Shown: positions 10,235 through 20,361 of the stretch, one piece after another
How positions within the stretch are numbered: position 1 is the first letter of the stretch
Layout: each line of letters begins with the position of its first letter
Assembly (NCBI GenBank): GCA_016928435.1
Contig: JAFGKT010000025.1
Location: forward strand, 2,015 to 66,014
From: Sedimentisphaerales bacterium
GTDB taxonomy: Bacteria; Planctomycetota; Phycisphaerae; Sedimentisphaerales; SM23-30
Length of the DNA: 64,000 nt
Direction of reading: 5' to 3'
Position numbers and translations under genes: made by a program
Notes under the pieces: model-generated
Database searches by the model: none
What the model was told of the DNA's origin: nothing
The model's input: the letters and a program-made list of their open reading frames with translations, nothing else

Positions 10235-12841
10235 GTGAAATTACCAACTCTAGTTCTATTGGGGGTGATATTGAGCTGCGCGGCGGCGGGCAGTGCAGGC
10301 GGCGCGGACGAGGGGGTAATCACGGCGATGGCTGAGCAGAACGATATTTCGCCCGTAGCGGAAATGCTGGACCATTGCGAACTGTTGCTTAACCGGGTGC
10401 AACAGTTTACCGAGCGAATGGAACTATACCACGGCTGGGCGCAGCAGTACGCTGCAGAACGATTAGGGGAGGAACTCGCTGAGGCGCGGCGGTGTTTGGA
10501 TGAGACGGGTGCGGTAGTTGGGCAGTTACGTGATTATCTGGACAATTATTTGCCGGACGATTGGATCGAGCGTTTTGAGATAACCGGATTTTATGCCGCG
10601 GCAGAGAACCAGCGCCGCCGTTATCGCGATCAGGAAAGGTTATATTGCTATTGCTACGGCATTTGGCAGGTGCAGCTAACACATTGGAGCCAAAGCAGCG
10701 AACAACAGCAACAGCAAACCCGCACAATGTTGGAGGGTGAGCTTAACTCGTTGCTGGATGAGTTGGCGTATTTTGGACGTAACGATGAACAGATGAGCGG
10801 CCCCATGTTGTGGGTGGTGCGTTTGGCGCGGGTGCTGACGGCGTTCGAGCCGCGGGCGCTGGATTTGGCGCGGGATCAGATTACGCAAATGCTGCAAGTG
10901 CGGTTAAGTTCAGCCGATCAGTTCGAGTTGCGTTGGGAGATTTTGCGATGCAATCTGCTTAACGGACAGGGTGGGACGGCTGGGTGGTTATCGCAATGGG
11001 AGCAAGTGCGTCAATGGATGCTGCAGCAGCAATGGACCCCGTCCCAGCGGATTGGATATATGCTGCGATTGACACTATTGCTGGAGATGGCCCGGCAAGT
11101 CGAGCCAATGGAGTCTTCCCGACCTATCTCCACCAACGCCTTAGCGGACTTGGAACGTTTTTGGAACACAGAAGAGTTGTCGCGCCCGGCGGTGACGGAG
11201 TTGGTGGCTTGGCCCTACCTGCAATCTACGACGCAACAGCAAACACAGGAGCAAGACAGATTACCGACAACCGATTTTGAATTGTGGTGCGTGGGTAGGC
11301 AATTGCAGGACAGCCAAAGGCAATGGGGCCAAGCGGCTTCATTGTGGCAACGATATAAACAGGAGTTCGGCGGCGACGCAAGGCGGTACGAAGAAGTTCT
11401 GTACGACCTGGGTTTTTGCGCGTATCAGTTGGGGATGCTCGCGGAGGACCAGAACCACAGACAAGCGTTGTTGGTCGAAGCTGTTGATAACTGGGCACAA
11501 TTGGCGCGGGATTATCCATCTTGGGTTTCAGCGATGGAGCCGGATGAACGTAACGCTTTGCGGGCGGCAATCGCGGCGGGGACAACGGCGTATAATTTGT
11601 TCCTGCAGGATGAATCGACCTACGCGGAGTTGGCGCAAGAGGCGTTGGCGACGCTGGTGGGGCGCGTTGATATGCAGAGTTGTCAGTTGACTGGGCCCTA
11701 TACAGCCACGCCGCTCAGCAGACAGTATCGTTTTTATTACGGATTGGTTTTGGCGGCGCGAGGCGAATACGGATCGGCGCGGGTAGCGTTCGCTTTGGTG
11801 CCTGATAACGACGAGCATAAACTTACAGCGCGTTACCAAGCGGTGCGATCGGCATGGCTTGAATACAGCTATGCTGAGAACGCAACGATAAGCCCGGCAT
11901 GGCAGCAGTGGCGCGACGAACTGGCCGAACTGATCGCGCAAGTCCGGCAAGGCGAAGCGGTAGATCAAACGCTGATGGGGCAAAGCGTTTTGCTTTTGGG
12001 ACGATTGTGGTTGGATGGATCACCCAATGATCCTCAGCGTTGTTTGACATTATTGGAACAATACCACGACTATTGGATGAGCGATGAGAATCGAGCCCGA
12101 CAAGGGCAATGGCAACTAATAGAGGCCTGTGCGAAACTGGGGGATCATGGCGACGCGATCCGGGGGCTCTTGGCTTACCTTGAAGGTGATCGTTTGAATA
12201 GTAGTCAAATGATGCAGGTATGCGGTTGGTTGGACAGTTGGGCGGGCGAGTTTAGAACGGCGTGGGCGACAGGGACCGGCGAGCAGTCTCAGCAATGGGT
12301 TCGAGAGCAGTTGCCCGAACTGACGGCGCGGTATTTCGCGATGCTGCAGCAAAAGATGATAGACGCAGAGGTTGGAGAACAATTATACGCCGCGGCGGGG
12401 CGTGCGCTGGTGGAGGTTCAGTGCTGGACAATACTGACGGCGATGGAAAACGGCGAACGGGCTGCGGATTTGGCGGATGAGTTGGCGGCGACATTGAGGC
12501 AGTTGCAGTCGCAGGGCATCGAGTTGGTGAATGTGTGGGGGATGCGCGGCCGAGCGGTCGCGGCGATGGGACAAGGAGACTATGAAACGGCCAGACGATG
12601 GTGGCAGCAAATTCGGCTGGGTCTGGAACAACAGCAAAGCTCAGAAGCTATAGACCTTTGGTGGGAAGCGCGGATAGTGAGCTTGTTGTGTTTGCAAGCC
12701 CAGGGCCAAGCCGCGGAAGTGACGCATGTGATAGAAGTAACACAAGCGACCACCGCGACCGATCCAGGTCAATGGGGCCGACGTTTGGAACTATTGCGAA
12801 GCTGGGCTGAAGAGACACTAGAGTTAGATGCGATGGAATAG
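10235..12841 (+). CDS. Large secreted all-helical (TPR/Sel1-like by composition) protein, function unknown
   Basis: GTG start, signal peptide MKLPTLVLLGVILSCAAAGSAGG, 868 aa rich in L/A/Q/E/W. Same strand and tight spacing with the exbBD genes. I can name no catalytic motif. Confidence 0.6.
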   Translation: MKLPTLVLLGVILSCAAAGSAGGADEGVITAMAEQNDISPVAEMLDHCELLLNRVQQFTERMELYHGWAQQYAAERLGEELAEARRCLDETGAVVGQLRDYLDNYLPDDWIERFEITGFYAAAENQRRRYRDQERLYCYCYGIWQVQLTHWSQSSEQQQQQTRTMLEGELNSLLDELAYFGRNDEQMSGPMLWVVRLARVLTAFEPRALDLARDQITQMLQVRLSSADQFELRWEILRCNLLNGQGGTAGWLSQWEQVRQWMLQQQWTPSQRIGYMLRLTLLLEMARQVEPMESSRPISTNALADLERFWNTEELSRPAVTELVAWPYLQSTTQQQTQEQDRLPTTDFELWCVGRQLQDSQRQWGQAASLWQRYKQEFGGDARRYEEVLYDLGFCAYQLGMLAEDQNHRQALLVEAVDNWAQLARDYPSWVSAMEPDERNALRAAIAAGTTAYNLFLQDESTYAELAQEALATLVGRVDMQSCQLTGPYTATPLSRQYRFYYGLVLAARGEYGSARVAFALVPDNDEHKLTARYQAVRSAWLEYSYAENATISPAWQQWRDELAELIAQVRQGEAVDQTLMGQSVLLLGRLWLDGSPNDPQRCLTLLEQYHDYWMSDENRARQGQWQLIEACAKLGDHGDAIRGLLAYLEGDRLNSSQMMQVCGWLDSWAGEFRTAWATGTGEQSQQWVREQLPELTARYFAMLQQKMIDAEVGEQLYAAAGRALVEVQCWTILTAMENGERAADLADELAATLRQLQSQGIELVNVWGMRGRAVAAMGQGDYETARRWWQQIRLGLEQQQSSEAIDLWWEARIVSLLCLQAQGQAAEVTHVIEVTQATTATDPGQWGRRLELLRSWAEETLELDAME

Positions 12842-12922
12842 GTGAAAAGACCCAAGGCCGGCAATACGCACAAAGCGGGGGATGATAGTGACAAAACCTC
12901 CAATTACGGTTATGATACGCAA

Positions 12923-14362
12923 ATGAATAAGAAGTTCTACATCGAGAATATGGGTTGCCAGATGAACAAGCTGGACTCGGAACTGGTGATTTCGGAAATG
13001 CACCGGGCTGGTTATCAGCAGACCGGCGATTTGGCTGATGCCGGGGTGATAATCTACAACACATGTTCGGTACGGCAGCACGCTGAGGATAAGGTAATCA
13101 GTAAGATCGGGCAATTGACCAATCGGCACAAGAAAGGGCCTGCGATGGTGCTGGCGGTGATCGGGTGCATGGCTGAGCGACTGGGCGAGCAATTGCTGAA
13201 TGATTATGCGCAGGTGGATGTTGTCTGCGGGCCCGGTCGGATTCATGGTTTGGTGGACATGATACAGCAGGCTGAGCAACACAAGCGATGCCTTAAGCTC
13301 AACGACCCCGCGGAACTGGAAGAGCTGGAAGAATTGGACGGACGACGACAGCGGATAGACGTGGCTCGGCCTTTCGCGGCGTTCGTGCGGATCATGCGGG
13401 GGTGCAATAATTTCTGCCATTATTGTATTGTGCCCTATGTGCGCGGGCGGGAGCGTTCCAGGCCTTTGGATCATATCGTGCAAGAGTGCAAACGTTTGGC
13501 TGATGAGGGCGTGCTGGAGATTACCTTGCTGGGTCAAACGGTGAACAGTTATCGTTATGAGCAGAACGGCCGAGAGCTTGGCTTGGCGGATGTGCTGGAA
13601 GCGATTCACGACATTGACGGTTTGCAGCGGATTGGTTTTGTGACCAACTACCCGCGTAACTTCGACAGACGCATATTGCAGGCGATGGCGGACTTGCCCA
13701 AGGTGTGCGAATATTTGCATATTCCTGCGCAGTCTGGTTCGGATCGAATTCTCAAAGCGATGAATCGTCATTATACCGCGGCGGAGTATTTGGACTTAAT
13801 CGCTGAAGCGCGGCAGACAGTGCCGGCTCTGACGGTAGCGGGCGATTTTATCGTGGGCTTCTGCGGCGAAACGGAAGATGATTTTGAGGCGACCAAGGAG
13901 TTGGTGCGGCAGGTTCGTTATAAGAATTGCTTTGTGTTCAAGTATTCGCCTCGGCCGGGCACGCGGGCGGATGACCGATTGGCAGATGATATAAGCGATG
14001 AAGTGAAGAAACGACGTAATATTGAATTGCTGGAACTGCAAAACTCAATATCGCTGCGGGACAATCAGCAATTAGTGGGACAAGAATTCGAGATACTCGT
14101 GGAAGGGCTTAGCAAAAAACCTCATCTAAACACCGACCAGCAAGAAGACCAAGAGGCCGAGTCGGACCTCGATGCCCAAACGCAGAGAAGTACAGCAGAT
14201 AATAGCGATGCTCCAAGCGAGAAACCGCAACTGGTGGGAAGAACCAAGGGCGATCAGATTGTTGTGTTTAACGCGCCCGAACAATACATAGGTAAGATTG
14301 TGCCGGTGCGCATTATCAAGGCTTCAGCTTTGACGTTATTCGGCGTGTCAACTCAAGATTAA
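12923..14362 (+). CDS. miaB: tRNA-2-methylthio-N6-dimethylallyladenosine synthase (radical SAM methylthiotransferase)
   Basis: MNKKFYIENMGCQMNKLDSE (UPF0004 domain), radical SAM CNNFCHYCIVPYVRG, and a C-terminal TRAM domain interrupted by an acidic low-complexity insert. Confidence 0.9.
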   Translation: MNKKFYIENMGCQMNKLDSELVISEMHRAGYQQTGDLADAGVIIYNTCSVRQHAEDKVISKIGQLTNRHKKGPAMVLAVIGCMAERLGEQLLNDYAQVDVVCGPGRIHGLVDMIQQAEQHKRCLKLNDPAELEELEELDGRRQRIDVARPFAAFVRIMRGCNNFCHYCIVPYVRGRERSRPLDHIVQECKRLADEGVLEITLLGQTVNSYRYEQNGRELGLADVLEAIHDIDGLQRIGFVTNYPRNFDRRILQAMADLPKVCEYLHIPAQSGSDRILKAMNRHYTAAEYLDLIAEARQTVPALTVAGDFIVGFCGETEDDFEATKELVRQVRYKNCFVFKYSPRPGTRADDRLADDISDEVKKRRNIELLELQNSISLRDNQQLVGQEFEILVEGLSKKPHLNTDQQEDQEAESDLDAQTQRSTADNSDAPSEKPQLVGRTKGDQIVVFNAPEQYIGKIVPVRIIKASALTLFGVSTQD

Positions 14363-14744
14363 ATATCACTAGACAATCGCCATGTCAGGGTAGGGGCTTT
14401 GCGTGCCCAATAGTAATCGGACAACGCGGGGAAACGACGACCACAATAATTAGGGACAGGCGCAAAAAGAAGGGCCCACTTAGTAAGCCATTGCTGACTA
14501 CTATTTGGGCCCTACCGAAAAGTTGTTGGCATTAGAGATATCGACAGATGTGACATTGCCAAGAACAAAAAAATATTATTCGCCCACATATAATTGGTTG
14601 TTTGGCGTGTTTTCCGGACAGTCCGGCAAGAATTACTTGACGATTTCGGCCCGTCCAATCATACTGGAGGCGTTGAGACGTCGCTTGTGTCTTGGCGTAA
14701 ACAGTTTGTTTTTATAGACTTATATATTTCGATGGTTATTATTT

Positions 14745-16709
14745 GTGGCAATAGTAAGTTTTTATCAGGTTAGCAAAGAGTACAGCAGTCAAACGGTGCT
14801 GGACAAAGCATCTTTTGAGATCAATGCGGGGCAGAAGGTCGGCCTTATCGGACCGAACGGCTGCGGCAAGACGACCATCCTACGTTTGCTCTGCGGCCAC
14901 GAACAGCCCACCGAAGGCAGTATTACGGTTTCCGGGGCGGTTCGGATTGGTTATGTGCCGCAGCATGTGGACTTTGTGGGCGACGACAATGTGGGAGACT
15001 TTTTGCTTCAGGAGCATCGGCAGTTAAGAGCGGAGTTGGACCGCGCTGAGGAATTGGTAAGCAGCGCCGCGGACGAACAGATGAAGGAAGTCTTGGCCAA
15101 CTACCAACACGTGCGCGACGCTTACGATCATATCGGGGGCGATCATTTTGAGGACCGGGCCGCGGCCATGCTGGACGCGTTAGGTTTGGCGGACCGAATC
15201 GCTCAGCCGGTAAGTCAATTGTCCGGCGGGGAAAAGAATGTCTTGGCTATGACCCAAGCGCTTTTGATCGAACCTAACCTGTTGATTCTCGATGAGCCGG
15301 GCAACCACTTGGACTATATGGGACTGGCTTGGCTGGAAGATTTTTTGAATCGGTTTCGCGGGGCGGTTTTGGTAGTCTCGCATAATCGATATTTGCTCGA
15401 CCAGGTGGTAACAACCGTCCTGGAAGTTGAACACGGGAAAGTTAACACCTATCCGGGCAACTACTCAGCTTATCGTACGATCCGCGCGGAGCGTTTGAAA
15501 GCGCAACAGTCGCAGTACGAAGCGCAACAAAAACGTATTGAACAATTGGAAACGTTGGTTCGCAAGTTCGGCGATATCGCCGCGGGTCACGCCAGCGACA
15601 ACACGTGGGGTAAACGTCTGCGATCACGCAAATCGCAATTGGAACGCGAAAAAAACAAAGCCATCGAGAAACCCATAACGCAGCAGCGCAAAGTATCAGC
15701 CCATTTTCATACCGAAGCTACCCAAGCTGATATTGCCATGCGGATACAGGGTTACAGTAAATCGTTCGGCGAGCGGGTTTTGTTTGAAGAACTGGAATGG
15801 GATATCGCTGGGCAAGAGCGCTGGGCACTATTGGGGCCTAACGGTTCGGGCAAAACTACTCTATTGCGTGATATTATAAGTCAAGGCCGATGGGAGCATC
15901 CGGTGATCCGCATCGGTCCGAGCATGGAAATCGGCTACTGCGCACAGGAGCAAGAGGTACTCGATGGTGAGAATACCGTTTATGATGAACTGGCGTATCT
16001 GCCTGAGGTGACGCACGAGCAAGTGTTGGGGTTGCTAGCGCGTTTTCTGTTTACCGACGAAGAGGTGTACAAAAAAGTGAAGAACCTCTCAGGCGGCGAA
16101 AGAAACCGTTTGCAGTTGGCGCGATTGATGCTGCTCAAACCCAACTTTCTAATTCTCGATGAGCCAACCAACCATTTGGATATCGATACGCGCGAAGCGG
16201 TGGAAGAAGCGTTGAAGAATTTCGCGGGGACGCTATTGGTGGTATCGCACGATAGATATTTCTTGGACGAAGTGGTGGATCATGTCGCTGAGATTCGCCA
16301 GGGCGAGCTGAAATTATATCGGGGCAACTACAGCGATTTCTGGCGTAACCGTCAAAGCGTCGATGACGATCACAAGAGCTTGACCGGGCGAATATCCAGC
16401 CGAGGCAAAAATAGACAGCAACGCAACGCGGAAAAAGAAAAAGCGGGCGGCAAAGCTTGGCAAGAAAGAAAAAACCAGCAAGCCACCTTACGCAAAAATC
16501 AGAAACAAGCTGCGCAACTGGAAAAACAAATCGCCCAAACCGAACAACACCAGCAAACACTTCAAGAACAGATCGCCCAAGCGTACACCCAAGGCGACAA
16601 CGAGCGAGGCCAATCACTATCAGCAGAACTCGACCAATCCCAAACTGAACTGGAACGGCTCTACGAACAATGGACCCAAGTCAGTGAGAGCCTGGAAGAG
16701 TCACAGTAG
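14745..16709 (+). CDS. ABC-F family ATPase (Uup-like, two ABC cassettes plus a K/Q/E-rich C-terminal coiled coil)
   Basis: Two Walker A motifs (GPNGCGKTT, GPNGSGKTT), two signatures (LSGGEKN, LSGGERN), and no TM domain. Confidence 0.9.
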   Translation: MAIVSFYQVSKEYSSQTVLDKASFEINAGQKVGLIGPNGCGKTTILRLLCGHEQPTEGSITVSGAVRIGYVPQHVDFVGDDNVGDFLLQEHRQLRAELDRAEELVSSAADEQMKEVLANYQHVRDAYDHIGGDHFEDRAAAMLDALGLADRIAQPVSQLSGGEKNVLAMTQALLIEPNLLILDEPGNHLDYMGLAWLEDFLNRFRGAVLVVSHNRYLLDQVVTTVLEVEHGKVNTYPGNYSAYRTIRAERLKAQQSQYEAQQKRIEQLETLVRKFGDIAAGHASDNTWGKRLRSRKSQLEREKNKAIEKPITQQRKVSAHFHTEATQADIAMRIQGYSKSFGERVLFEELEWDIAGQERWALLGPNGSGKTTLLRDIISQGRWEHPVIRIGPSMEIGYCAQEQEVLDGENTVYDELAYLPEVTHEQVLGLLARFLFTDEEVYKKVKNLSGGERNRLQLARLMLLKPNFLILDEPTNHLDIDTREAVEEALKNFAGTLLVVSHDRYFLDEVVDHVAEIRQGELKLYRGNYSDFWRNRQSVDDDHKSLTGRISSRGKNRQQRNAEKEKAGGKAWQERKNQQATLRKNQKQAAQLEKQIAQTEQHQQTLQEQIAQAYTQGDNERGQSLSAELDQSQTELERLYEQWTQVSESLEESQ

Positions 16710-16935
16710 GCTGGAATGCCAAAGCTCAGGCCCAACCACGCTGTTCGCAAGCGGGATGGCCAATTCACTTGCCAGACGCGGGCGAAAGTGGTTAAATAGC
16801 GGGCTGTAGTCAACAATTCGTGTCAAGGTGGTACGTGTTCATGTCAAACTCAGCCAGAATTGGGAGGCCCAGCTTAGTCTGCGGTGTTTATTCAAGTCCT
16901 AGCTGCTCTGGTTGATCGCTATCGCAGGAGAACCC

Positions 16936-17958
16936 ATGACGCAAAAAGTAGCGATAATCGGGGATGGCGCAATGGGCACGGTTTGCGCGATTACCCTGGC
17001 GCGTAAGGGTTTTCGGGTGGGGCTGTGGAGTTATGACAAGCAATATGTTGAGAAAATGCAGCAGACTCGGGAGAACGAGCGTTTTTTGCCGGGCTATGTT
17101 TTGACACCTTCCATTGAGCTGACAGGCGACGCTGAGGAGATATTCGACAGCGCGACTTTGGTAATCTCCGCGATTCCCTGTAAATTCGTACGCAGCGTTT
17201 GGGAAAAGCTGGGCAAGGTGATACCGCGCAGTCTGCCTGTCGCCTCTTGTACCAAAGGCATCGAAAACGGCACCCTATTACGCCCCACCGAAATACTGTC
17301 TCAGTTGGCTGGTCCTCGTTCTTTGGCGGTGATATCTGGTCCTAATATTGCTGACGAGTTGGCCCGCGCCCTCCCGGCCACTTCCACCGTCGCCAGCAGC
17401 GACATGAACTTGGCGACGCATGTTCAAAATACTTTCAGTACTAATTGGTTTCGCATGTACACCAACAGCGATGTGGTCGGCGTGGAGTTGGCTGGGGCTA
17501 CTAAGAATGTTATCGCCATTGCCGCGGGAACCATCGACGGACTCGGCGCCGGCGACAATGCCAAAGCCGCCCTGCTGACTCGCGGGCTTGTGGAAATCTC
17601 AAGGCTCGGAGAAAAAATGGGCGCTCACCCCGAAACCTTCAGCGGCTTAGCGGGAATGGGCGATCTGATAACCACCTGCGTCAGCCCCAAAGGACGCAAC
17701 CGCACGTTCGGACAGTTGCTCGGCCAAGGCAAAACCGTGGAACAAGCCCTCAAAGCCATCGCCGGTGAAGTCGAAGGTGTCAATACCGTCAAAAGCGTGG
17801 TGGAATTGGCTAAGCGTCATAAAGTGGATATGCCGATCACCCAAGCTGTTTACGATGTAATCTTCAACGGCAAATCGGTGGTCGAGGGCTTTTCAGAACT
17901 GATGACCAGACAGTTAAAATCGGAAGCCCCAAATAGCGTAATCCATCAGAAGAATTGA
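16936..17958 (+). CDS. gpsA: NAD(P)H-dependent glycerol-3-phosphate dehydrogenase
   Basis: MTQKVAIIGDGAMGT Rossmann motif, GPNIADE, GATKNVIAIAAG, GMGDLITTC. AGGAG SD upstream of ATG 16936. Confidence 0.9.
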   Translation: MTQKVAIIGDGAMGTVCAITLARKGFRVGLWSYDKQYVEKMQQTRENERFLPGYVLTPSIELTGDAEEIFDSATLVISAIPCKFVRSVWEKLGKVIPRSLPVASCTKGIENGTLLRPTEILSQLAGPRSLAVISGPNIADELARALPATSTVASSDMNLATHVQNTFSTNWFRMYTNSDVVGVELAGATKNVIAIAAGTIDGLGAGDNAKAALLTRGLVEISRLGEKMGAHPETFSGLAGMGDLITTCVSPKGRNRTFGQLLGQGKTVEQALKAIAGEVEGVNTVKSVVELAKRHKVDMPITQAVYDVIFNGKSVVEGFSELMTRQLKSEAPNSVIHQKN

Positions 17959-18056
17959 CCGCAGGGTTGCCCGTTGGCGCAAAACAAGGGGGATTATCGA
18001 AGATACGTTACCCCCCTACCGCGATTCACTGCTGGGATGTGTTTCCTCGGCGTGAT

Positions 18057-19196
18057 CTAATCCAACAGCGACGAATTCCGCAAAACCATCTCAGCGACGC
18101 GTCGCGAAGCTCCGGTTTTTTTCAGAGGGTTCATTAGGTCCGTCAGTTCGGCGCGCGTTTTTTGCTGAAGATTTTCATCGGACAATAATCCAATGGCCGT
18201 TTGAGCTAGGACCTGCGTTTTGGGCAGCACGGGCATAAACTCCGGAACCAATTCCCGCTGCGCCAAGATATTGACCAAGCAGAGATATTTGGTCTTAATC
18301 AGCCACCGCCCCACCAAATACCACTGCCAACGACTAACATCATACATAACCACCATCGGACATTGGGCACCTGCCACTTCCAGCGTAGCGGTTCCCGAAG
18401 CGACCAAAGTCAGATCAGCGTCGGCACAAGCTTGGGCGATGGAACAGCACTGGATTCGCAAATCCAACTCCGCTGGGCATTCGCGTTTTAATTCGTCAGC
18501 GGTGGTCTCATTGTTGGCCACTGCCAAAAAGCATGCTTGGGGAAATCTCGCTTTGATCTGCTCAGCAACCCGCAGCATGGGCTGCCAAAGTTTGGCGATC
18601 TCGTGTTTGCGCGATCCGGGCAGCAGTGTAATGCGGGGGAATTCCTTATTTTGCCAAAGCTCGCTCTCGCTTGCCGCGATGTCTTCGGCATGATCAAATA
18701 ACGGATGTCCTACATATTCCGCATCGACTCGTCGTTGGCGGAACCACTCCTGCTCAAAAGGCAAAATACAAGCTACCTTGTCCACGCACCGCCGCAGTTT
18801 TCCGATGCGCCACCCGCCCCAGGCCCACAATTGCGGCGCGATATAGTACACCACGCGAATACCTTGGCGTTTCGCGGCCTTGGCTACGTGAAAGTTCCAG
18901 GCGGGCGAATCCACCAGCACCACCGTATCCACATGATTTTCCCGAAAATACTTTCGGACTCTTTTACGCAGCTTCCAATAAAACCCTATCTGCGCCAAGG
19001 CATGGGTCAACATGGCACTGCGCCCGACCAAATCCTCCAGCAGTTCGCACCCCTGCCCCGCCATCTCCGGTCCGCCAAGACCAACACAGCGAACATTCGG
19101 CTGCGTCTGACGTAATTGTCTAATGAGCTTGGCGGCGTGCATGTCGCCGCTGACTTCCGCGGCACTAATGAATATAGTCTCTGCAGTATCGTTCAT
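18057..19196 (-). CDS. lpxB: Lipid-A-disaccharide synthase
   Basis: IFISAAEVSGDMHAAKLI N-terminus, YYIAPQLWAWGGWR, LLPGSRKHEI. These are typical LpxB motifs. Confidence 0.9.
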   Translation of the reverse strand: MNDTAETIFISAAEVSGDMHAAKLIRQLRQTQPNVRCVGLGGPEMAGQGCELLEDLVGRSAMLTHALAQIGFYWKLRKRVRKYFRENHVDTVVLVDSPAWNFHVAKAAKRQGIRVVYYIAPQLWAWGGWRIGKLRRCVDKVACILPFEQEWFRQRRVDAEYVGHPLFDHAEDIAASESELWQNKEFPRITLLPGSRKHEIAKLWQPMLRVAEQIKARFPQACFLAVANNETTADELKRECPAELDLRIQCCSIAQACADADLTLVASGTATLEVAGAQCPMVVMYDVSRWQWYLVGRWLIKTKYLCLVNILAQRELVPEFMPVLPKTQVLAQTAIGLLSDENLQQKTRAELTDLMNPLKKTGASRRVAEMVLRNSSLLD

Positions 19197-19576
19197 AGGC
19201 TTCTTTTTAATGCCGGCAGAAGGAAAAAAACAACGTCAAAACCAACGATCTCTGCTTATACAGCGGTCGATCCACACTCCTAACGCTCGGGCACATGATG
19301 GCATGAATCACCGCCGCTGTCAAGTAACTCCCCTACACCCCGGTAATGCCGGATTATGTCGCTTTCACAATCCATTTGCCATAGACGGCATTGGTTTTCA
19401 GGTTGTGAGAAAAAGTTTTTTTTCGTTATAAAGCCAAACTACTACGCAACCTATCTGTCACGAACAAGAAAATATCAAGTTTCGGTGGAATCCTGTTCGT
19501 TTAACGTCCTATAATATATTTGAGCAATCTTAAAGACGTGATACTCGAACGAGATGGATTTGCGAAAGGATCTATC

Positions 19577-19936
19577 ATGTTTTCGCATCGGCTTTCTCAT
19601 CACCTTATCAGGTACAGAGCGTTGATGATGGGGGTCAAAACCGGGGATATGCCCGAGGTGGATCTGATTTGGGCGATTCAGCACAACGAGGGATCCGAGA
19701 TGTGCTTTGGTCAGGGGTACCAATGCAAGAACCGCGACTGTCGTTGGCGGGATCAGTGCATCGCGCTGGATTTTTATGATGATATGAGGCTGCCCATTGC
19801 CCAAACCGACGGTATGGGTACCAACAGTCACCACAAGACAGTTGCCTCGTCATTGAACAACCCGCCGAAGAAATCCCCTGTGTACGCCCGCGTCAAAGGC
19901 AAAGGTTCAGCGACTAAACAGCCTATGGGTATTTGA
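19577..19936 (+). CDS. Hypothetical Cys-rich small protein
   Basis: The ORF track gives 19520-19936. I prefer ATG 19577, preceded by AAAGGA, because a TATAAT-like box sits at 19510-19515. CFGQGYQCKNRDCRWRDQC cluster. No family recognised. Confidence 0.35.
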   Translation: MFSHRLSHHLIRYRALMMGVKTGDMPEVDLIWAIQHNEGSEMCFGQGYQCKNRDCRWRDQCIALDFYDDMRLPIAQTDGMGTNSHHKTVASSLNNPPKKSPVYARVKGKGSATKQPMGI

Positions 19937-20065
19937 CTCTCGATTGCGGAAACACCCCCTGGATGAGTAACGGCCGCGTTTTAGGACCCGGATGCCCCTT
20001 GCGCCTCAGTGGTTGGCCCGTTATTATCGCCGCTTTGCTGCTGGAGATTAAACGCCTTGACCAGC

Positions 20066-20245
20066 TCAGCCCTTCGACCAGCCAAACAGGTCAGAAGTAT
20101 CAGCGTACCCGCCGCGGAGGCTGTCAAAGCAAAAACTAAGATAAGCGTTTCCATATCCAATCAGCCAAACTCCAATAAAATTGGTCGTCCCAATTGCCCG
20201 TCTTTGCCCCGCCAATGCCGTCAATCCAACGGCAACATTTTTCAT
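20066..20245 (-). CDS. Possible small Gly-rich (glycine-zipper-like) protein
   Basis: MKNVAVGLTALAGQRRAIGTTNFIGVWLIGYG... is the internal-ATG version of ORF 20066-20359. There is no clear SD. Confidence 0.25.
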   Translation of the reverse strand: MKNVAVGLTALAGQRRAIGTTNFIGVWLIGYGNAYLSFCFDSLRGGYADTSDLFGWSKG

Positions 20246-20361
20246 ATCGGTTGGTTCGCTGAGATAGTTTAGTCTAACCACAAGAGCTTGGCGTAAAGAT
20301 GATGTAAGAAAATGATTAATCCCACCGTTGGCTGGGCGATTTCGCGGGGCCCAGGTCATTT

